From Dehalococcoidia bacterium (GTDB taxonomy: Bacteria; Chloroflexota; Dehalococcoidia; Bin125): a stretch of 64,000 nt of DNA. Made by a program: the position numbers and the translations under genes. A model generated the notes under the pieces. The model was not told the origin of the DNA and did not search any database. It saw only the letters and a program-made list of their open reading frames with translations. The stretch covers positions 161 through 64,160 of the forward strand of contig JAJDYG010000030.1 in assembly GCA_022822855.1 (NCBI GenBank), in the 5' to 3' direction. Shown here piece by piece: positions 60,196-64,000 of the stretch. Position 1 is the stretch's first letter; each line of letters opens with the position of its first letter.

Positions 60196-61545
60196 TTACA
60201 GCACCGCGAGATATCGGCGCAGCTCGTAGTCCGTGACCTGCGAGCGGTACTCGTCCCACTCAAGCAGCTTGTTCTGCAGCACCGTCGACCAGACGTACTC
60301 GCCCAGCACGCTCTTCATCAGCTCGGATGTCGAGAAGGCGTCGATCGCCCGGCCCTGGGTCGTGGGCATCTCGACGATGTTGCGGGCCATGCGCTGCGCC
60401 GGGGTGAGTTCGAAGACGTTGTCCTCGGCCGCCGGCGGCGGAGTGAGGCCTTCGTCGATGCCCTGCAATCCGGCCGCGAGGAAGGCTGAGAAGGCCAGGT
60501 ATGGGTTGGTCGCCGAGTCCGCGCCTCGGTACTCGAGCCGGGTCGACTCGGAATCGCCCGGCTCATAGTCAGGGATTCGCACCAGGTCGGACTGGTTGGC
60601 GTGCGACCAGGTCAGGTAGACGGGAGCCTCGGTGCCCGGCGCGAGGCGCTTGTAGCTGTTCGACCATTGGTTGGTGATCAGCGTGAACTGCGGCGTGTAG
60701 GCGAGCAGGCCGGCGAGGAATGAGCGGGCGATCTCCGAGAGTCCGCCGCCTTCTTCGTAGAAGAGGTTCTGCTCGTGGTCGAACAGCGAGAGGTAGACAT
60801 GCATCCCCGAGCCGTTGACGCCGTTGAGCGGCTTGGGCATGAAGGTGGCGTGGACGCCCTGCTTGATCGCCACCTCCTTGACCACCAGGCGCGTCGTCAT
60901 CACCTGGTCGGCCATCGTCAGCGCGTCGGTATAGCGCAGGTCGATCTCGTGCTGCGAGGGCGCCGCCTCGTGGTGCGACGACTCCACGCCGATGCCCATC
61001 TCCTCCAGCGTCAGGACCGTTTCGCGACGCAGATCGGTGGCCGTGTCCAGCGGCGAGAGGTCGAAGTAGCCGCCGGAGTCCAGTGGCGAGGGGTCGTCGG
61101 GCGCGCGGAAGTAGAAGTACTCGATCTGCGGGGCGACGTAGAAGGTGTAGCCGCGCTGCTGGGCCGACTCGAGCTGCCGGCGCAGGATCCTGCGCGGGTC
61201 GCCCTCGAACGGCTCGCCGTTGCGCCGGTAGATGTCGCAGATCATCCGCGCCACGCGGTGTTGTTGCGGACGCCAGGGCAGGACGACGAAGGTGTCGGGG
61301 TCGGGCCGCGCCACCATGTCCGACTCGTCGTGGCGGGCGAACCCCTCGATCGAGGCACCGTCGAACTCGACGCCCTTTTCCAGCGCTCCGGGCAACTCGT
61401 CGATCGTGATCGCGACCGACTTCAATTGCCCCAGCAGGTCGGTGAACCAGAGCCGCACGAAGCGGACATCATGCTCGCGGCAAGCATTGAGAACATGCTG
61501 ATGCTCACTGGGTGGAGCGTTGAGGTCAGCGTCGAGGGTGGTCAT
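60196..61545 (-). CDS. glutamine synthetase-like protein (GSI-alpha type) with altered catalytic residues
   Basis: FDGASIEGF..ESDM, HHEAAPSQHEI, TFMPKP..NGSGMH, NSYKRL, RLEYR, NPYLA; but PQIE and NQS instead of PE.E and NRS. Confidence 0.9.
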   Translation of the reverse strand: MTTLDADLNAPPSEHQHVLNACREHDVRFVRLWFTDLLGQLKSVAITIDELPGALEKGVEFDGASIEGFARHDESDMVARPDPDTFVVLPWRPQQHRVARMICDIYRRNGEPFEGDPRRILRRQLESAQQRGYTFYVAPQIEYFYFRAPDDPSPLDSGGYFDLSPLDTATDLRRETVLTLEEMGIGVESSHHEAAPSQHEIDLRYTDALTMADQVMTTRLVVKEVAIKQGVHATFMPKPLNGVNGSGMHVYLSLFDHEQNLFYEEGGGLSEIARSFLAGLLAYTPQFTLITNQWSNSYKRLAPGTEAPVYLTWSHANQSDLVRIPDYEPGDSESTRLEYRGADSATNPYLAFSAFLAAGLQGIDEGLTPPPAAEDNVFELTPAQRMARNIVEMPTTQGRAIDAFSTSELMKSVLGEYVWSTVLQNKLLEWDEYRSQVTDYELRRYLAVL

Positions 61546-61563
61546 GATGCTTGCAGTTCCCCG

Positions 61564-61717
61564 CTTCCCCCCTCTGGGGGGAAGCTCCCGCGTAGCGGGT
61601 GAAGGGGGGTCTGCCCCGCGCTAGTCGACGGGCCCCCCGCAGCCTTCGGCATCTCCCCCCAGAGGGGGGAGAGATGAATCGATCCGACATCTCCCCCGCC
61701 GGAGCGGGGGGAGATGG
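61564..61717. repeat. three family-A palindromic copies between the two GS genes
   Basis: cttcccccctctggggggaag..., ccccccgcagccttcggcatctccccccagaggggggaga, catctcccccgccggagcggggggagatg. Confidence 0.8.
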
Positions 61718-61726
61718 AATCGCACC

Positions 61727-63145
61727 CTAGATGTGGTAGTAGTGGAAGAACTCCGCCGCGACCGGGTGCATGAAGACATCCCGGGCCTCGGTCAGCTTGA
61801 AGTCCTGGTACTCGTCGATCAGGTCCTGGGTGAAGACCCCGCCTTCCATCAGGAAGTCGTGGTCGTCGGCCAGCGCCTGCAGCGAGCCCTCGAGCGAGTG
61901 CGGCACCGAGGGGATGCCGGCCGCTTCCTCGGCGCTCAGCTCGTAGATGTCGGTGTCGACCGGGTCGTCCGGCTCGATCTGGTTGCGGATGCCGTCCAGG
62001 CCGGCCATCAGCATCGCCGAGAAGGCCAGGTAGGTGTTGGCCGAGGCGTCGGGCGGTCGGAACTCGATCCGCTTGCTGTTGGGCGAGGTCTCGTAGGTCG
62101 GGATCCGGACCGCCGCCGAGCGGTTGCGCTGTGAGAAGGCCAGGTAGATCGGCGCTTCGAAGCCGGGCACCAGTCGCTTGTAGGAGTTGGTCGTCGGCGC
62201 GCAGAAGGCGAGCAGGGCGGAGCCGTGCTTGAGCAGGCCGCCGATGTAGTGGCGGGCGGTATCGGACAGCTCGGCGTACTTGCCCGCCTCGTAGAAGAGC
62301 GGGGCGCCGTCCTTCCACAGCGACTGGTGGCAATGCATGCCAGTGCCGTTGTCGCCGTAGAGCGGCTTGGGCATGAAGGTCGCCGACTTGCCGTGCGCCT
62401 TGGCCACGTTGCGGACGATGTGCTTGTACCACTGGGTCTCGTCGGCCTTGGTGCGCAGCGTGTTGAAGCGCGTGGCGATTTCGCCCTGGCCGCCGGTCGC
62501 GACCTCGTGGTGATGGACTTCCAGCTCCATCCCGACTGCTTCCATCGCGTCGGCCATCTCCCAGCGAATGTCGCTCAGGGTGTCGAACGGCGCGGTCGGC
62601 GAGTAGCCCTGCTTGGGCGGAATCTTGTAGCCGAGGTTGCTCTCGTCCTCGTCGCGGCCGCTGTTCCAGTCGGCCTCGTCCGACTCCACGACATAGAAGG
62701 CCTGGTTGATCGACATCTGGAACTGGACGTGGTCGAACATGAAGAATTCGAGCTCGGGACCGAAGAAGGCCTGGTCGGCGATGCCCGAGTCGACCATGTG
62801 CTGTTCTGCCTTGGTCGCGACGTAGCGCGGGTCGCGGCTATAGCGGTCGCCGGTCACCGGGTCGTGAACGTCGCAGATGAACTTCAGCGTCGGCACGTTC
62901 TCGGTCGGGTCGATCCGGGCCGTGTCGAGATCCGGTCGAAGCAGCATGTCCGACTCGTCGATGCTCTGGAAGCCGCGCAGCGAGGAGCCGTCGAAGCCCT
63001 GGCCGCGGTTGACCAGGTCCTCATCGACCTTGGATGCGGGAATGCTGAAATGCTGCCAGCGGCCGATCAGGTCGGTCACCAACAGGTCGACGCGCCGAAT
63101 GCCCTGATCCTGGATCAGCGCCTGGATGTCGCCAAGGGTTGCCAT
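61727..63145 (-). CDS. glnA: type I glutamine synthetase (GSI-beta)
   Basis: FDGSSLRGFQSIDESDM, GPELEFF, HHHEVA, FMPKP.YGDNGTGMHCHQS, NRSAAVRIP, RIEFR, adenylylation-site Tyr in DIYEL. Confidence 0.97.
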   Translation of the reverse strand: MATLGDIQALIQDQGIRRVDLLVTDLIGRWQHFSIPASKVDEDLVNRGQGFDGSSLRGFQSIDESDMLLRPDLDTARIDPTENVPTLKFICDVHDPVTGDRYSRDPRYVATKAEQHMVDSGIADQAFFGPELEFFMFDHVQFQMSINQAFYVVESDEADWNSGRDEDESNLGYKIPPKQGYSPTAPFDTLSDIRWEMADAMEAVGMELEVHHHEVATGGQGEIATRFNTLRTKADETQWYKHIVRNVAKAHGKSATFMPKPLYGDNGTGMHCHQSLWKDGAPLFYEAGKYAELSDTARHYIGGLLKHGSALLAFCAPTTNSYKRLVPGFEAPIYLAFSQRNRSAAVRIPTYETSPNSKRIEFRPPDASANTYLAFSAMLMAGLDGIRNQIEPDDPVDTDIYELSAEEAAGIPSVPHSLEGSLQALADDHDFLMEGGVFTQDLIDEYQDFKLTEARDVFMHPVAAEFFHYYHI

Positions 63146-63208
63146 GGGCTTGTGCCTCTCTATCTCTCTTCGTGCTGCACGGTGGTCGGGGCCGGTTGGT
63201 CTCGCACG

Positions 63209-63253
63209 CAGGCGCATTCACCTGACTTTGGGCGATGCAGGCGCATTCGCCTG
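63209..63253. promoter_or_regulatory. two 16-bp palindromes upstream of glnA (candidate operators or tandem RNA hairpins)
   Basis: caggcgcattcacctg (63209-63224) and caggcgcattcgcctg (63238-63253). Confidence 0.55.
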
Positions 63254-63404
63254 CGTATCAGCCGTGCAGCGTCAATGATTGCTGGGACTCATCCTATGCG
63301 CAGCGCAGACGCAGACCGGCTCGATTCGGTTACACCTGAGTTACGCCCGCCGCCCGCCCCGTCGGCGGCCCTGCTGTGTATTGCGCTTATCGCTCTGCGC
63401 TCCT

Positions 63405-63778
63405 GATGCCCCGCGCTCCGACGCGGGGCCCAGACCTCCATGTCTGAGCGGACCTCCGCCGCGAGCCTCACCTGAATCGTTGAGCGGGAGGTCCCCCATC
63501 GGCGTCTGAGCAGAGGCAACCCGCATCTCGTCATCAGGCGTCGTAGCTCTGGGCCCCGCGTCGGGGCGCGGGGCATCGCATTGGCGACGCGAGAGATATT
63601 GGTTCGATGCCCCGTGCTTGACACGGGGCCCAGTCCTCGATGGTTGAGCGGACCTCCGTGGTGAGCCTCGCCTGAGCCGGTGCGCAGGAGGTCCGCTATC
63701 GGCGTCTGAGCTGAGGCAACCTGCATCTCGTCAGCAGGCGTCGTAGCTCTGGGCCCCGCGTCAAGCGCGGGGCATCGA
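63405..63778. mobile_element. two tandem ~175-bp REPIN/MITE-like non-autonomous elements
   Basis: Units 63405-63577 and 63604-63778; each is bounded by ~29-bp inverted REP arms and they share a homologous structured interior. Confidence 0.7.
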
Positions 63779-63838
63779 CCAGTTTTTTTCCCTCCCCGAG
63801 CTGCCTCCGAACCCCTGTCAACTCCGACGCAGGGATGC

Positions 63839-63866
63839 TTGAGATGTACAGATGTTTGGATATGAT
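63839..63866 (+). promoter_or_regulatory. sigma70-type promoter with a degenerate LexA-like box in the spacer
   Basis: TTGAGA-N16-TATGAT; GTAC-AGAT-GTTT at 63846-63857. Confidence 0.4.
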
Positions 63867-63896
63867 GGTCTGACTGTGTGGGAAGTGAGGAGAAGG

Positions 63897-64000
63897 ATGC
63901 AGAAACCGATGGGTTACCGCGAAGCGATGGGCGATCTCTCGGGCATCGCGAAGGAGGGTCCCGCCTACGTGCGGGTCAAGGCGCTGGTCACGATTGTGCG
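63897..64000 (+). CDS. 5' end of a hypothetical protein (truncated by window edge)
   Basis: GAGGAG RBS, ATG at 63897, open to the window end (MQKPMGYREAMGDLSGIAKEGPAYVRVKALVTIV). Confidence 0.55.
   Translation, partial: MQKPMGYREAMGDLSGIAKEGPAYVRVKALVTIV

Noticed and set aside
63405-63778. CRISPR-like repeat-spacer pattern
   Set aside because: The repeats alternate in orientation, the interiors are homologous and over 100 bp, and no cas genes are present.

Overview
High-GC bacterial core-genome window, most likely from Chloroflexota (Dehalococcoidia-like). That placement is inferred from the RpoB/RpoC/SecA inserts, rpoBC unlinked from rplJL, a CIRCE-controlled groESL and a nuo cluster without an N-module. 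Housekeeping genes include proA, split transketolase, thpR, fabF, folC, fbp-fba-rdgB-moaA-moaC, tsaD, rpoBC, groESL, prs, secA and valS. There are also two small toxin-antitoxin-type modules, a 10-gene complex I-like operon and two tandem glutamine synthetase homologues. No CRISPR array, rRNA, tRNA or transposase was seen. Four things stand out. (1) The nuoABCD-HJKLMN operon lacks nuoEFG and also nuoI; its NuoC has a long repeated C-terminal tail, its NuoM lacks the TM7 lysine, and a doubly coupled micro-ORF sits where nuoEFG normally lie. (2) A full-length GS paralogue downstream of canonical glnA has Glu->Gln and Arg->Gln changes at catalytic positions, so it may be a pseudo-enzyme or regulator. 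(3) At least three families of short palindromic repeats nest in each other, form REPIN/MITE-like doublets and have inserted in frame into valS. (4) Candidate structured leaders or operators lie upstream of tsaD, rpoB and glnA. All calls come from reading the sequence by eye; no database search was run.
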